DNA of 61,944 nucleotides, filler included, from Choristocarpus tenellus KU-1152 (GCA_964200185.2; 8 parts of 8 records of this genome joined end to end with filler, not necessarily neighbours in it); one strand, 5' to 3'; shown: positions 26,001-39,530, counted from the whole stretch's first letter. Translations and numbers: made by a program. The notes: generated by a model not told the origin, from the sequence alone.

Positions 26001-26823
26001 GAGTCCGCCCACCAATTGAAATAGGGATTCAGACGTTTCAGTTTTTTGTTGAAGTACTGGTAGAGTTACAGGTTGTGGTGATTTGTGCATCAGTGTGCCT
26101 TGCCTTGGTGTCCGACTACCATGTTCATGCACTTTCCATTCCATGAGTTATGCATTTAGACAGTGGTATCGGATACATTGCTACCAGTCAGAGTCGTCAG
26201 CATATCAGATATCATGCTCACATTGAGGATTAGACCTGTGTTATTATTACTTTAAAATAACGTGTCTGCTGAAAGGTTTAGAACAACTAAAATAATAATA
26301 CATCAATCAAACAACTCCATCTTCTCAGCTAACCTTTCCAAACAATTCGCCAGGACCAGTGATGGATATCCTGTCCTTCTCAAAGTCGCTATTCCTAGAA
26401 CACTATAACGCACCTCCCCCCTTCTTCTCAATGCTCTACGCACCATCTCATGCTTGTCCAAGTGTCGACAAACTAGAATCGATCTCTTCCTCCTTCGAGT
26501 CTTGGAGGATTATATACCGAAGTCCACGCACGATGCTCCTAAGCACAGCACCAACCCACGACCTCTCTGGAAGTGCATCTTGAACTACTTTCAGAGAAAC
26601 GTACGACAATAGATTTTGACCAATAACCACTCGTATACACCTCCAGATATCTCTCACATTGCACGAGAGATATAATGGATTAACCCGAAAACAAAACCCG
26701 ATCTTTTTCCCTTCCTTCGTATCAACAATTCCAGCACTAACACCCTCAGCGACAACCATGTCTTATTACATACTAAATCCAACAAATAAACAAAGCATTA
26801 CATTTCAAGCTGTACGTGATACA

Positions 26824-27143
26824 GAGCAAAAGTATCTCAGAGGGTACAAGTTTTGCCGTGTTCGTTCCTTTGGTGCTTGGCTCCTCATGTTTTTTTTAAT
26901 GACATTTTCCTACTCGAAAATATTCTGGAGTAGGTGAAGTGTATGCGTTAGGGAAATGTGTGTCTGGAACAAGGATGTCGACACTTCCTAACAAAACACT
27001 GTAGGTAGAATTACATCAAAATCACAACATCGGACAATTGGTACTTCCTAATGAACATAATAGGTAAAATTACATCAAAATCAGTCGATTTGATGATTGA
27101 CCCCCAAATGGACAGCGCTCTACCCTCTAAGATACTTTGACTC
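26824..27143 (+). mobile_element. MITE family A with internal ~58-bp duplication
   Basis: GAGCAAAAGTATCTCAGAGGGTA ... TACCCTCTAAGATACTTTGACTC; AATTACATCAAAATCA occurs twice. Confidence 0.9.
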
Positions 27144-27408
27144 TGTATGTCATGGTTCCTCGTGCGCACACCGGGAGAACAGGCCCAAACTGGCAGTCCT
27201 CTTTGTGTACACACCACACACGACTCAGGCAAGCAAATAAACGAAAAAACGACCTCTCAACAGCCTATATTCTTTCTTTCATTTCTTCATCCCACAGTGG
27301 CGAAACACACCCTAACCGATAGCCTTCTTTATTTGTCAAAAAAATCCCACTCATGCAGCCAAACAGACCAATATCCAGCCCTGGAACAACCTAACCCATA
27401 TATCTTAT

Positions 27409-27532
27409 GAGCCAAAGTATCTTAGAGGGTAGAGCCGTGTCCATTTGGGGATCAAATCTGATATTGCGATTTTGACATAATTTTGACTGTTGTGTTTGTT
27501 AGGAAGTGTCAATACCCATGTTCTGGACACAC
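27409..27532 (-). mobile_element. MITE family A, truncated at contig end
   Basis: GAGCCAAAGTATCTTAGAGGGTAGAG start, matching internal sequence. Confidence 0.9.
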
Positions 27533-27632
27533 NNNNNNNNNNNNNNNNNNNNNNNNNNNNNNNNNNNNNNNNNNNNTTAATTAATTAANNNNNNNNNNNN
27601 NNNNNNNNNNNNNNNNNNNNNNNNNNNNNNNN
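27533..27632. other. Artificial contig linker
   Basis: N44-TTAATTAATTAA-N44 (stops in six frames). Confidence 0.99.
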
Positions 27633-27885
27633 GACCTCTTACCTGGATTATCATCAATATCATTGTATAAAAAGGAACTGGTCAACGATGTCTTATCACA
27701 ATCGGAGATCATAATGACAAAAAAAAATAGTCAAGAAGCACAAATATATCAAATCTGGGACTTCAAGGTTATAATGGTGTTTATAAAATCATCATCAAGA
27801 CATATCGCCTGTAACAATAACCCCTCACCTCTACCCACCCTACTACGTGTGTGGCCAACTCTCTCAGGATATGGTCATACTGGAA

Positions 27886-28144
27886 AGAGTGAAAGTATCT
27901 TAGAGGGTACGAGTTTTGCCCTGTTTGTCCATTTTGGGGCTTGGCTTCCCTGCGGGTTTTCATGACATTTTCCTAGTCCAAAATGTTTCGGAGTAGATAA
28001 AATTTATACGTTCTGAAAAGGTGTGTCCGGAGCAAGGATATTGACACTTCCTAATAAACTCGATAGCTAGAATTACATCGAAATCGCAACATTGGTTTTG
28101 GCCCCCAAATGGACGCGAATCTACCCTCTAAGATACGTTGGGTC
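27886..28144 (+). mobile_element. MITE family A, full length
   Basis: Both TIRs present; flanks GAA(A)/GAA(A). Confidence 0.9.
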
Positions 28145-28699
28145 GAAAGAGTGAAGTGGCAGGAGGCAGTGGGGGGTAGGGATGGCAGTCAATAGCATTT
28201 CTTAGAACGCTTGCTATGAGCTTGCGATGAGAATCTCAGAGGAAGAGTGGAGTCTCCCCGCAAACCCTGTCCTCCAGAAAGATGAACACCTCAAACTCTA
28301 GCATCCTTAAGGGGTACATCTCAGTTTATTTAATTCAAGAGATAAGTTGGTGAGGATAATGACATGCATCACACTGGGAACAAGGAGTGCGAATGGGGGG
28401 GCAAACATTGCCAGACTGACAATGAACATTGGTTGGCATCGATACAAAGTGTAAACCATGTCAAATATTCCCGAGATGTATTCGTGTGTGCTCTGTATGT
28501 GGCATCATGTATCGGTGTAAGCAAGGGCAAGTAAACTGGAACTATCCCCATGAGTGGTATTCAATGAGGGAAAGTGAGTGTATCACAGGATTCGCCATCA
28601 TGCAATTGAGGGTGTAAGGATTACAGAAGGCTGGGTACTTTCTGCCATACAGAGCCACAAAACAGAGTAGTGTGATAGCAACCTTCACACCAAATTCAC

Positions 28700-31600
28700 A
28701 TGGTCACTGTGCTGTGGTACGCTAACCCGGACGCCGCCATCGAATCCCTCAAAACCTGGGGGGGTTCGCACACGTCTACAGGTTGCAGGTGGGTTAAACA
28801 TTTCCAACACGTCCCCACGCATCGAACCCTAAGCCCATGGGGTTCTGCTGCTCGACACACATCCCCTGCAAACCCTTCTTCAATCGTTGTTAAGCCTAAT
28901 CCTTCACATCCTCAAAGCACATTCTTTTCCAAGTTCCTATGTAGCTCACAGATGAGATCAAGGAGCAGCACTTCGCAAGAATATGCACTGATGTCCTCGC
29001 TGGAGCCGGACTATCCACATCCTCAGAGGGAAGACCCCCCAAGGCCATCGCTGGCACGACATTGTGGATGTGACTGCGCATGTCTTCTTACAGAGCAGGC
29101 AGCCAAAAGACTACCTGCTGACGCGCTCTCATAGTCGTACGTTGTTGAGATGGAGACATTTCTAGAGGAATGGCTAAGTCAAGCTTTGACTGTGACGATT
29201 CACCCAATGTATACATGTATGCGCATATACCCCCTGCTGACCCTGCAACAGCTGCAACATTTACCGTCAAGTTTGTGCCTCATGAGGCAGACACCCATGT
29301 CATCATGTGTGATTTACCATTCCACTATCCATGCGCTCCTCCACGACAGTTCTCGACCAATCTAAGGGGCGTCCGGAAGAAACGACCTCCGGCCGACCCC
29401 GACTAAGGAAAAAAGAAGAGGACACGAGGAAAGGGGAAGAAGAACAGACCAGGGGACGGCGATCCAGACCCTGTGTCTGCCGCCCAGGCCGAGGAAGAAT
29501 GGGCATCGCAACCGTGGAAATTCAAAAGGGCATACTTGAGGAGAATGCATACCAAGGATGTCCTTATCAAAAGGGTTGTCCTGGAGGTCGCTGTGCAGGT
29601 CATGAACGATCTCAAGAGGAAAGACGAGCTCGGGATCGACCCCTACGCCGATGACTCCTCAGTAGGGTCTTCAGAAGAGTCTGCTCCAAAGAATCGATAC
29701 ATCCTGAGCAAAGAGGTACCCAAGGGAGTGTCAGGTTCATCCTCTCATCAGTCCCCCGTATTTGAGTTCGTAACAAGTCACTTCACAATAAATGCTCTGA
29801 TCGTGCACATTGATTTTACCCCATAAAATCGAAAGGTGAAAAGGGACCTCGTGTTGCGGGATATGGAGGAAGGTACAGTCTTCCTGGACGTCGCCAAATA
29901 CTCAGAGGGCATTACCCTGAACACCAGTGGCGAACACGAAGGCAAGCAATTACATCATTGTACAATATCGCCATACGTGAACATTACACACCGTTCTCTA
30001 CCCCAAACACCTCACCTCGACTCTCACGGATTTTACCAACGTTGGACAGTTTCACAAGACACGGGGTTCTCGATTTTTATATGTTCCGAAGATGCTCACC
30101 GAACAGATTTATTCATACTTTCGCTGTGTTGTGTCGATCGACACAACACAGCACAGTGTGGGAAATTATGTCGCGGTTCATGTCCTATAGTCCTATACGC
30201 ATCCTCTTGGTCCTATGTTACAAGCCCTACTTGTCTTCCTGATTTATGGACTCAAAGAATCTGCCCAAGTATGTCAAACCGCATGCACTCTCCTTTCCTT
30301 CCATTTTTTCCTCAGCCTTTGCCCTCTCCTCTATATCCTCCTTCACTCCTTTGCACCAACCTCTACCTCACGCTTTGCCTCCTCCATCTCGCCCTTCTTC
30401 CCGTTGTTTTGCCTCCTACTTCGCCTGGTCCTTTGCCTACTCTTCCGCCATTACAGAGCTAACCCGAGTCACATGCATTGTGAATACGCCAGAGAAAACG
30501 TCACGCCCGAGCACAACATTCACAAGTTCAAGGCAGAAACGAGCGCCGCCCACAAGAGCGCAGTCGCCCTTCTCCAGACCCGACCAGGAGGCATCGTAAT
30601 CACATGCACTGCCCTCAGGGACAGCCACGATACGGATCGTATGCAACTCCTTGTCGACGAACTCTCCACCTTCTGCGATTTTGTGCTGTCAAAGACACCG
30701 ATGGCTGGTGGCGTATCCACGCCTGAACCTTGTGGAGGACCCGACCCACTAGGTGATGAAGAGGAACAGGAGACGCCATCACCTAACCCGAAAGTATGTG
30801 CGGGAAGCGAGACACTCCATGGGGGAAGGCATCCAACCACACTCTTGGAACACGACTCTGAAGGCGATGGGGACTGACCTGATTGTAGCACTTTATCATG
30901 TCCAGAGGAAGATATCCAGGAGGACGTGGGGGGGCGGCTAGCCAAGGACTCAGAGTCCATGCCTGTCAGGAGTGACCCCGGAATGTCCCCAAACGTCCAT
31001 GCGGCGGGCAGCAGCGGCGATGACTCCGTCGATCCCCACTCAACGGGTAGAGGGAACAGGAATGACGATACTGCGGAGCTAAGTGCAGACTACGCCCATG
31101 CCGAGTCAACAACACCATGGGTTGATTTGACATCATCAGGTTCCTCACACAGGGACAAGCCTTCCGCAAAAGGTAAAGGTAAGGCCAAAACGACGGTCAT
31201 TAGGAAGAAGAGGTTGGGAGAAGATGCTGGACGGATCAGACCGTTCAAACACCCTCGTGGAAATCTCGGACGCGCTTTAGAATCTAGATTTTTTGCGGAC
31301 TTCTTCGCTTCTTCCAGAAAGGGCGGAGACGCGGAAAATGCAGCGCCATTTAATACCAGGCATGAGGATAACGACGAAAAGTCCGCACATGGTGATGACG
31401 ACAGTGTTACAAGGGACGCGGTAGACTCCGGCAATGCATCCGTTGTGGGGATCACAGAAACCTTCATGGAGGCGTGCATTACCGAGCTCCTACGATCGGC
31501 AACAAAACCTGCATCTTCGGTGTACAGATTGCAGACTCAGATCCTAACCCAGGTCATGTACGACCATGAGTTTAGGCTCGTAAAGGCCGATAGAGCGGCC

Positions 31601-31700
31601 AAAAATCTTGTATTCGGGGACGACTGCTACGTCTATGACCCCACACAGCTAAAACTCAGCGGTTGTGGAGGGAAGCCCAGCAGCAAGTTCCTTCACATGC
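28700..31700 (+). pseudogene. Unknown multi-exon gene, decayed copy 2
   Basis: Paralog of 23185-26000; ORFs 29170-29406, 29473-29826, 30215-30877 and 30926-31813; 3' end cut by a MITE fragment. Confidence 0.65.
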
Positions 31701-31704
31701 AACC

Positions 31705-31780
31705 AAATCACACCAAAAAAAGAAAATCGAAAAAGGGTCGAAATCGGACACTGACACCCCCCCTCCCAGATACTTTTGTG
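31705..31780. mobile_element. MITE fragment (same family as 1-78)
   Basis: AAATCACACCAAAAAA...CCCTCCCAGATACTTT. Confidence 0.75.
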
Positions 31781-31851
31781 CATATTACCTTGGGAGGTAA
31801 TGCTATTTGTTAGTAGTGAAGATAAGAAGGTGTGAAGCCTCACACGACCCC

Positions 31852-31951
31852 NNNNNNNNNNNNNNNNNNNNNNNNNNNNNNNNNNNNNNNNNNNNTTAAT
31901 TAATTAANNNNNNNNNNNNNNNNNNNNNNNNNNNNNNNNNNNNNNNNNNNN
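31852..31951. other. Artificial contig linker
   Basis: N44-TTAATTAATTAA-N44. Confidence 0.99.
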
Positions 31952-32060
31952 AAACAAAATAGAAAGGGGAACACAACGTAACTGTGGAACGCACTTGATG
32001 CAAGTTCCGAAGTTACTTGGATGACGCACAAAGGAAGAAACAATGTTTTCTAATTTTAAG

Positions 32061-35000
32061 GAATGAACGTCCAGCAGCCTTGACCCACATCTGTTGCTTT
32101 ACCCGTTTCGATCAGGCAGAACGAACACCGGCACAAGCAAGGCAGAACACCTAACCAGCCTTTGCACCCCCGTACGCGGGAGGGACGAGAGCCATCGATT
32201 CTAACACGTGGGATGGACACTCCAAGGCCGTTACGAGACGTTACCAACGCATGGGTTCCAGTCGCGGATTCGCAAGGCAGACACACCTCAATCCCAAAAA
32301 GGTATGGCTCACCCCCCATCACCACCACGTATAATACTGGAATACTTCATAGTTGATACGTACCAAACATCCTGGATTATGACGTCATCTTCACATCCTC
32401 ACACCGTACGGAAAATCCGCAGGGTCCAAGGTATTGAAAATGGACATTTCCCTCAAAACAACATCGGAAATGAAATCGCAGGAAATTATGGCTCCAGTGC
32501 TTCATAGGAGCAAGGCTTCTACAATAACCTTTTCATTTCGTTTGGAAGAATTGCGAATATCGAAAATGGAAAAGTCCAATCACCTCTTGACAAAAATGTG
32601 GTTTTATGAAGACAGCATAAATCATTTCTCCCTCTTCCTTAAACACGCACCCGATTCGCATTGTTTATAATCCAACGCTGAACGACGCTGGTCCAGAGGA
32701 AAATCTAGCCACCACAAAACTACAGGAAAGAGTATTTCCAAAATTTGAGATTTCTGTGAAAAAAAATATCGGAAATGAAATCGAAGGAATAATGGCTCCA
32801 GTGCTTCATAGGAGCAAGGCTTCTACAATAACCTTTTCATTTCGTTTGGAAGAATTGCGAATATCGAAAATGGAAAAGTCCAATCACCTCTTGAAAAAAA
32901 TGTCGTTTCATTATGAAAGGAAGGATAAATCTATTGCCTTCCCCCTCAAACACGCACACCATTTGCATTGGTTATAATCCAACGCCGAACGACGCTGGTC
33001 CAGAGAAAAATCTAGCGACCACAAAACTACAGGAAAGAGTATTTCGGGAAAATACAGATTTCCGTCAAATCTACCTCGGTAAGGAAATATTACAAAATAA
33101 TGGCATCAGTGCTTCATAGGAGTAAGGCTTATAACATTACGATTTTCCCTACATGGTTTGCGTGCTTTCCACGCAATTAGACCAGGACATTTTGATCATC
33201 TCTTCCGAATTACGAAACGTATCTCATCCGGCATCCCGCCGTTACAACCTACTTCTATCCACTACTCTATCCCCCTTTCAGGAAACGGGGGGTTGGGAGA
33301 CCAACGAATAGGAGCACTCTCCGGTCATGGAAGAAGTCCAAGACAGATCAAATACTCCACCTATTCCACTCCATGTTTGTCGACCAATACGGGCAGAACG
33401 TGGGAGAAGGAGACAGATACACTTGGAAGGACCTCGCTGCTTGGTTTTTGGACGAGGATAATAAGTTTGCGCCATTGGCAAGGGCACTGCGAGAGTTAAT
33501 GTACACGGAGATACGCGCACCTGCAACTGACATGCAGGTCAGGACCTTCCTCGAGTTCTTGATGCAGGACCTTACCACAGAACACACTCGACAGGTGTAC
33601 AATTCGATTCTCGCGGGCATCGCTCCAGATGTCAAAGTGCTCAATGACGGGGTGATGTCCACATACCAACCCGGCTTGTCCGACACGGCCAAGAGATACA
33701 ATATCAAGATCGATACCCTCAGATCCTCGGCAGTGAAACGCACAGGATTCATCAACGATAGAGAACGGTTTAGTGCTGTGTCCGTACATAATATCGGAGC
33801 GCCATGTCCTACCCCTGACATAGAACACGTAGAGGCATCTGTGGCACCTCCCACCAGGCAAGTAAGGGTGTCCATCCCAATGGGATATTTTTTTTTACAG
33901 CCAAGGCTCGAACCCAGAATACCAGCAAACCCCGTAGAAGATAAATCTTCCCTGAGGTCAATGGTATTTTTATGTAAAGGTCAGGCTTGAACACAGATAT
34001 CCAGCAAACCACGGACAAATAATATTTTCCACCAGGCCAATTGGGCGAAATGTTTTTAAGGGTCAACGTGGGTTCGAACTCATACATGTTGCAACCCCAA
34101 ATACATAAATTCCTTCTGCCAGGGTTCGAACACGGAACGCCATATCCTAAAAGCTTCTACACAAATTTGAACCCCCCCCCCCACAAAAGAAAATATAACC
34201 AACTCCCAACACTTCATCCTAATCTCACTCCTTCTTATCGGTCGTGATCGTTAGGCCGAAGAAGGACAGGGCAAGGATATTCGACGCCACAAGAGACAGT
34301 TCCTCGCGACAGTTCGATGTGCAACACCCTGAAACACACGTTCTTGGCCTAACCGTCTGGGAGAGCAACAGCATGGCCCTGCCCCACGACCCGATCATTT
34401 GGCACGATCCTGCTGAGGGAATGCACTCCTTGGACCCTAACACCAACAAAAGGGTGTGCCACCCAGATGCGCTGTGTCAGCAACACGCCCAGAGGTAATG
34501 CAATTCCAACATTGTACGAAAGCAAAAACACTTGTGCACTTCCTGCCCGCAATATCCTCATTCACCCGGACATTTTGTGTACACTCTCTCCTCGCAACGC
34601 AAATTCAAACATAAGCATGAGACGACATTCATATTTTATTTCCCCCCCCCTGTGCAAACGCTTAAAACAGGGTACAGATTGGAACCGACTACGATGTTTA
34701 CGCAAACTCCAAAGAGAGGTTCGAGATGGAGGCAACAGATGGGCTGATACCGTGCCTTTCCACGTTCGTTAAGTGGAGACCCTTCTACATCACCAAGGCA
34801 ACTCAAAGTGCGTTGGGAAACACAACCGCTTGAGACATTGTTTGTTTCAAACAGACGCATACAAAACATATAACCGCACCAACGCTCAGCACTTACCATA
34901 TACCAACCACCCAACTCAAGTGCGACACACATACATATCGATATTTCCTCCATTGCACAGTGAACAACAATTGTATCAACACCCTGCCCAACCCTTATGT

Positions 35001-36259
35001 TTCTCCATGCGTTTAACACAGGACATGCGTTTGCGTGCACCATATGACCACCGACCTATTGGTCCAATGCCTGAGGGAAAACTGGAACAAAGTACACTGT
35101 CGGACGGTGGTTGGCGACGATGGCCAACGCACTTGCGCCTGTACCTGCGAGTTCTGTGACAAAGGCAAGGGTTGCGGCTCTGAAGATGTGAAGATTGCAC
35201 TGGAAAGCGCTATGAATATGATGGACTTCCTATTGTAAGTAGTAATCTTATCCTGGCCCGAAGCTTAAACTACAACCTCCAACTAATATGAAAACATCGT
35301 ACAATATCAATACCACATGCAGATACCACCCTTCCACATACACACAAACCCACAAACGAAATGACTTCTCTCATTCATACCAGTTGTGGTACATGCCCAA
35401 CGTTGGCCAACTTGCCCATACACCATTCAAACACAAACAGTAGCATTTCATTATCCTACTCGGGACATTTACCGAATCCCCCCACAATTATCCCAATACG
35501 ACTGCCAAGGTGTGAGAGGACCACCCTCAAGCCCCTCTGTTCGCAGTCCACAAGTGGTTCAGAAGGTGGTTATCAAACATCTTGTGTGGATGGAACATGC
35601 AAGACTTGCGACTGGACTAATCAACCCATGTGGAAGTGCCCTTGTATGATCAACGCCCACAGTACCACGGCAACATGGAATGAGTTTGTCCATGCATACA
35701 CCCCGATTGTGGAGGGGGACCTACCAGGAAAGACAACGAAGGAGATCAAGGTGAGTGTGTGTGACATGTGCCTATGCAAAAGGGAAACCCTGCAACACCA
35801 TGCATGTGAATTAATTACAGTTATGAATCTCTCTATTGTGGTGGTATCGGACAGGAACCCTCACCCCACACTTTGTTTTTGGGAAAAAAACATTCTTTCC
35901 ATTTCAATAACACGCCCCCCACTAACACCAAACACAACCCCGTTCTTAAACTTGCCATATGCCTAAAGGCACTGTCATCTCGTCTTGGGCTCTTGACCCC
36001 TAACGGCACAACGAAGGATGAAATAATTGAGAGGATAAAGGCGAAGCACACGGTATTCAGGGCCAAGAATCTAATGACCGACGATTTCATCCTTGCCACT
36101 TGCATGGTGGGCGAATCGAACCCCATCTCGAGGAGGACAACAACCGAAGAGAACTACGACGAAGACCACACTGAGTCTTCGGACAAGGCCAACACGAAGA
36201 GAAGGTCAGTACGTGGTAATCGGGACCAAAGGGATGCGGTGGACACCGCACACCTGTGA
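32061..36259 (+). mobile_element. Intron-rich Sola2-like transposase pseudogene lacking the DDE core
   Basis: Approximate exons 32061-32301, 33282-33857, 34255-34494, 34671-34808, 35022-35234, 35510-35750, 35970-36259; spliced peptide has STFVKWRPFYITK...RTCVCVHH, CVDGTCKTC and a C-terminal SAP-like LGLLTPNGTTKDEIIERI. Confidence 0.6.
32440..33150. repeat. Tandem repeat, 305-bp unit, ~2.3 copies, inside a transposase intron
   Basis: ATCGGAAATGAAATCG at 32463 and 32768; third partial CAGTGCTTCATAGGAG near 33107. Confidence 0.92.
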
Positions 36260-36606
36260 TGAAGTGTTTTGCCTTCTCCAGTACTGATCCCCATCCCACA
36301 TACTCCACGAACAGCTATTATTGTTGAGATATTGACATTACCTCCGTTTACGTCATTTTTGTGCAATATAGGCTAGGCAGTCTATAGGGAGTTATATGTT
36401 TAGTGAACAGTGGAATACAATAGAAGTATTGACTGAGTAGAGTTAGGGTCACGGATTTGATTTGGTGTGCTTAGAATCAGGTTCGAGTCTCGATGGATTG
36501 ATTTACTACTTTTGTTCAATATAAGTGGCTGATGTAGTGCGACTGACACAGACACATTTTGACGTGTCTGATGACGTGCGCAATAGATAATAATATAAGG
36601 AAGAGC

Positions 36607-36706
36607 NNNNNNNNNNNNNNNNNNNNNNNNNNNNNNNNNNNNNNNNNNNNTTAATTAATTAANNNNNNNNNNNNNNNNNNNNNNNNNNNNNNNNNNNNNN
36701 NNNNNN
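36607..36706. other. Artificial contig linker
   Basis: N44-TTAATTAATTAA-N44. Confidence 0.99.
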
Positions 36707-36775
36707 CAAAAATCGCGACATAAAAAAATTGACCCCAAATGGACAGCCGCCACCCCCTCCCAGATACTTTGAGCC
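36707..36775. mobile_element. MITE family B end, truncated at contig start
   Basis: AATGGACAGCC...CCCAGATACTTTGAGCC; matches 60540-60602. Confidence 0.8.
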
Positions 36776-37262
36776 TGAACATCTTTATTGCATAGAGCAA
36801 AATTGCACACTGTGGCATGCTGATATCAACCATCTACATCAAGGTAAATCAGGGTGAGACAGCTTGTACCTCCATTCGCGGTCGTGTCAGTGGGTATCCA
36901 ATGAGCAGAAGATCTATCCTGTAGCAACTAACTTTCTAAACAAGGTCGATTGAGGTGAAATCGAGCCAAAGTAAATGAGAGGTATCCAGTTTCTTGGTCG
37001 TTTTTCGTTTGAAATCACACTTTTCATCTTTTTTGAACGTGCCCTTATTTCTATGGAGGACGTGCTAGGATTGATAAGAGACCAGCAATATCTGTATTTC
37101 CCCCCAAAAAATCGATAGAACTCGGAAAATTTCCTCAACACACTTGTGGAAAAAGTCGAATCTGGAACATATGCCATCATTCTCCGAATGCAATCCTGGG
37201 TATCCCTCATTTACTTTGACTCAGCGTCGAAACATGACAACAAAAAATGAGAGGGAACTTAC

Positions 37263-37413
37263 CACTGTCTGCTTCCTCGTCATTAAAGGAATCAGGGCAG
37301 CATGAGTACTTTAGCTCTCCATAGCTGGAGAGGAGGCCAGCACCGTAGGCCTTCAGCTCTCCCCTCTGACGACAGAGCCCAAACTCAACAGAGAACCAGT
37401 AGCACCGTGCCAG
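37263..37413 (-). CDS. PAH: Biopterin-dependent aromatic amino-acid hydroxylase (phenylalanine 4-hydroxylase), internal exon
   Basis: [34 protein letters not shown]; AG/GT boundaries; phase 0 with the upstream exon. Confidence 0.92.
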
Positions 37414-38374
37414 CTGCCGGGGCACAATGCCCGAAAAATGAGTTAGTCAGGACAAAGTCTTGTGGTACAGTAGGCATTGGTCGCAACCCTACACTTTCAA
37501 CACAATGGTTTCAGTCTCTGTCCTGCTGTAGGTTGAATGAACGGGAATGGAGGAGCACAGACTGTGTTGAGGTGTCTAGGCTGTGTTGAGTCAGAGAGAG
37601 AAATATGGGGACAAAATTGGAGGGTCATTTTGTCCATCGGATTGGGTTTCTTATGCGCAAGGTCCTTGCTAGGAGGTCCATCATACCCACCACACGGCCC
37701 AAGCTTCAGAGAGAATACACCCCGGAATACACACTTCTCTGTCAATTTTAGAAGGTTGGTTATCATGGTGGAGGTTAGGTAGGGCATGGGGCACACTTCA
37801 GTTGTACAATTATATACTAAAAATGTAAAGGTTTTACCAGATAGAGTACTGCCACCCTGCCTCACTTGGACCTCCTCTTGAACTGTGATCCCTAGAGTTG
37901 GAGGCGATTGTTCTATGAAATAAGGTAATATTTTAGCTCAAAGGTTGATATTTACACATTGGTATCTTGAAGAGTGTGTGCAAAAGCACCCTTCCAATAT
38001 GCGTATCAGTATCAAAACCGTTTGCCCCTCATGATCAATGTCGTATCATCCGGATTTTTGTTCAGTCCGTTCTCCACCTACATCACTGCAGTGGATGTGG
38101 GTACACGATTCAACATACTCCATGTAGCTTAAGATGAGCAAGTGGTAATGCACTGCGCAATGATATTCTATAGGCCAACTGATATGTCCACCACTCCTTC
38201 TCCAGCTCATAATCTCCTAGCACTTGCTAGACATATGATATATGCTGATCCAGCATGTTCCAAAAATATCTTACTTCCATGGCAACTTCCGCCCTAAGCT
38301 ATACAAACTCATCCTTTACTCCCACCTTCCCCATCACACAACAGCAAGAAGACATAGGTGCAGGGTTCTATCAC

Positions 38375-38525
38375 CTTTGTTATCTCCTCGTCCGAGGCCC
38401 CCAAAGAGGCCAACCCAAACTCCTGGGAAAAATCGGCAAAGTCGGGGTCAGCAAACATTGGAGCGTGACCAAGCAGTTCATGGCAGAGATCCGGCTCAGG
38501 AGTGTAGTGTGGACGTGAATGGTGC
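38375..38525 (-). CDS. PAH: Phenylalanine 4-hydroxylase, internal exon with iron-binding histidines
   Basis: [50 protein letters not shown] signature. Confidence 0.93.
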
Positions 38526-39443
38526 CTTCCCATCCAATGTTTGTAGGTGAAGGCAGTACACAGATCCGTATCAATGCAGGTAGACCAGTGGAACAGATAT
38601 AGGTGTGGTGACTTGTGAAGGGGAGAAAGAGACAAGAAAAAGAGAGTCTAGTCCGTTCTAGGTGTCCTCGAAGGGGAGAAATATTTGAGTTAATACACAG
38701 AGTTGGGGAGATATTTGAGTGAAACAATTGAGATGCAGGCAGGTTGTTACTCTTTTGCAGACCATTTCCCTTACCCAGGTACAATAAACCCTATTAAAAT
38801 TGCTGCATGTGCATATTTTGTCCACAAACTTTATGTTCCCCCTTTCCACACACAAAATGACATCACAATTGAGCAATGGCCCTTTCAAAAAAAAACTCGT
38901 ATTTTGATCATTTCTCAGTATCCTTGAAATGTAACCTTACCTACCTCTCAACTGCTTGACTCTTTGCCCTTTTCTATTTAGCACGTTCAGGAGTTGTGCA
39001 ATCTCGTTGGTATTGGGTAGGTAAAAGAGAAGAACTCTGTCTTTTTGGCACAGTTTGATGTGCTACATGAATCAAACGAATAGACAGTCGCTCAAACTGC
39101 AGGAGGATGGTATCTTTTTTTTTAAGCACAAAAAGCAGCACTTTCGAACTCTAAAATATCAGGAACATGCTCCGATAAGGCATACAGTATCAAGCATCGG
39201 AAGGAGAAAAAAAAATGCTCACACGACGAACTGCAGATATGATGAAATTCAAAGGGAGAAGAGCACTAGCACAAACTGCTTGTTCTATTGACATTTGTAC
39301 GCCAGCTGACATCATCAACAACACACGCAAACACACTGTATATTATTTTTTAACTGTTGGCCTCTCACCGAATGTATTGTGTGCTGAAGAACACCCTGAA
39401 GGCCAACCCATTAAGGAAATCTCTTGAGGACAGTAGGCCTGCC

Positions 39444-39530
39444 ATCGGATGGATAATCTAAGTACACTTCTCCTGGTCAGGGCCCGAATGGACACCCTGG
39501 TGTAGACCCCCCCCCCCCCCCCCCCCCCAA
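39444..39530. mobile_element. MITE family B fragment
   Basis: CACTTCTCCTGGTCAGGGCCCGAATGGACACCCTGGTGTAGACCCCC matches 61174-61220. Confidence 0.75.

Noticed and set aside
26350-26800. Coding-like ORF 26448-26759 (-) as a viral or bacterial gene
   Set aside because: No recognisable motif; sense strand ambiguous.
36430-36500. tRNA gene (GGTTCGAGTC motif); similar case at 5740-5795
   Set aside because: No cloverleaf can be built; at most a SINE-like relic.
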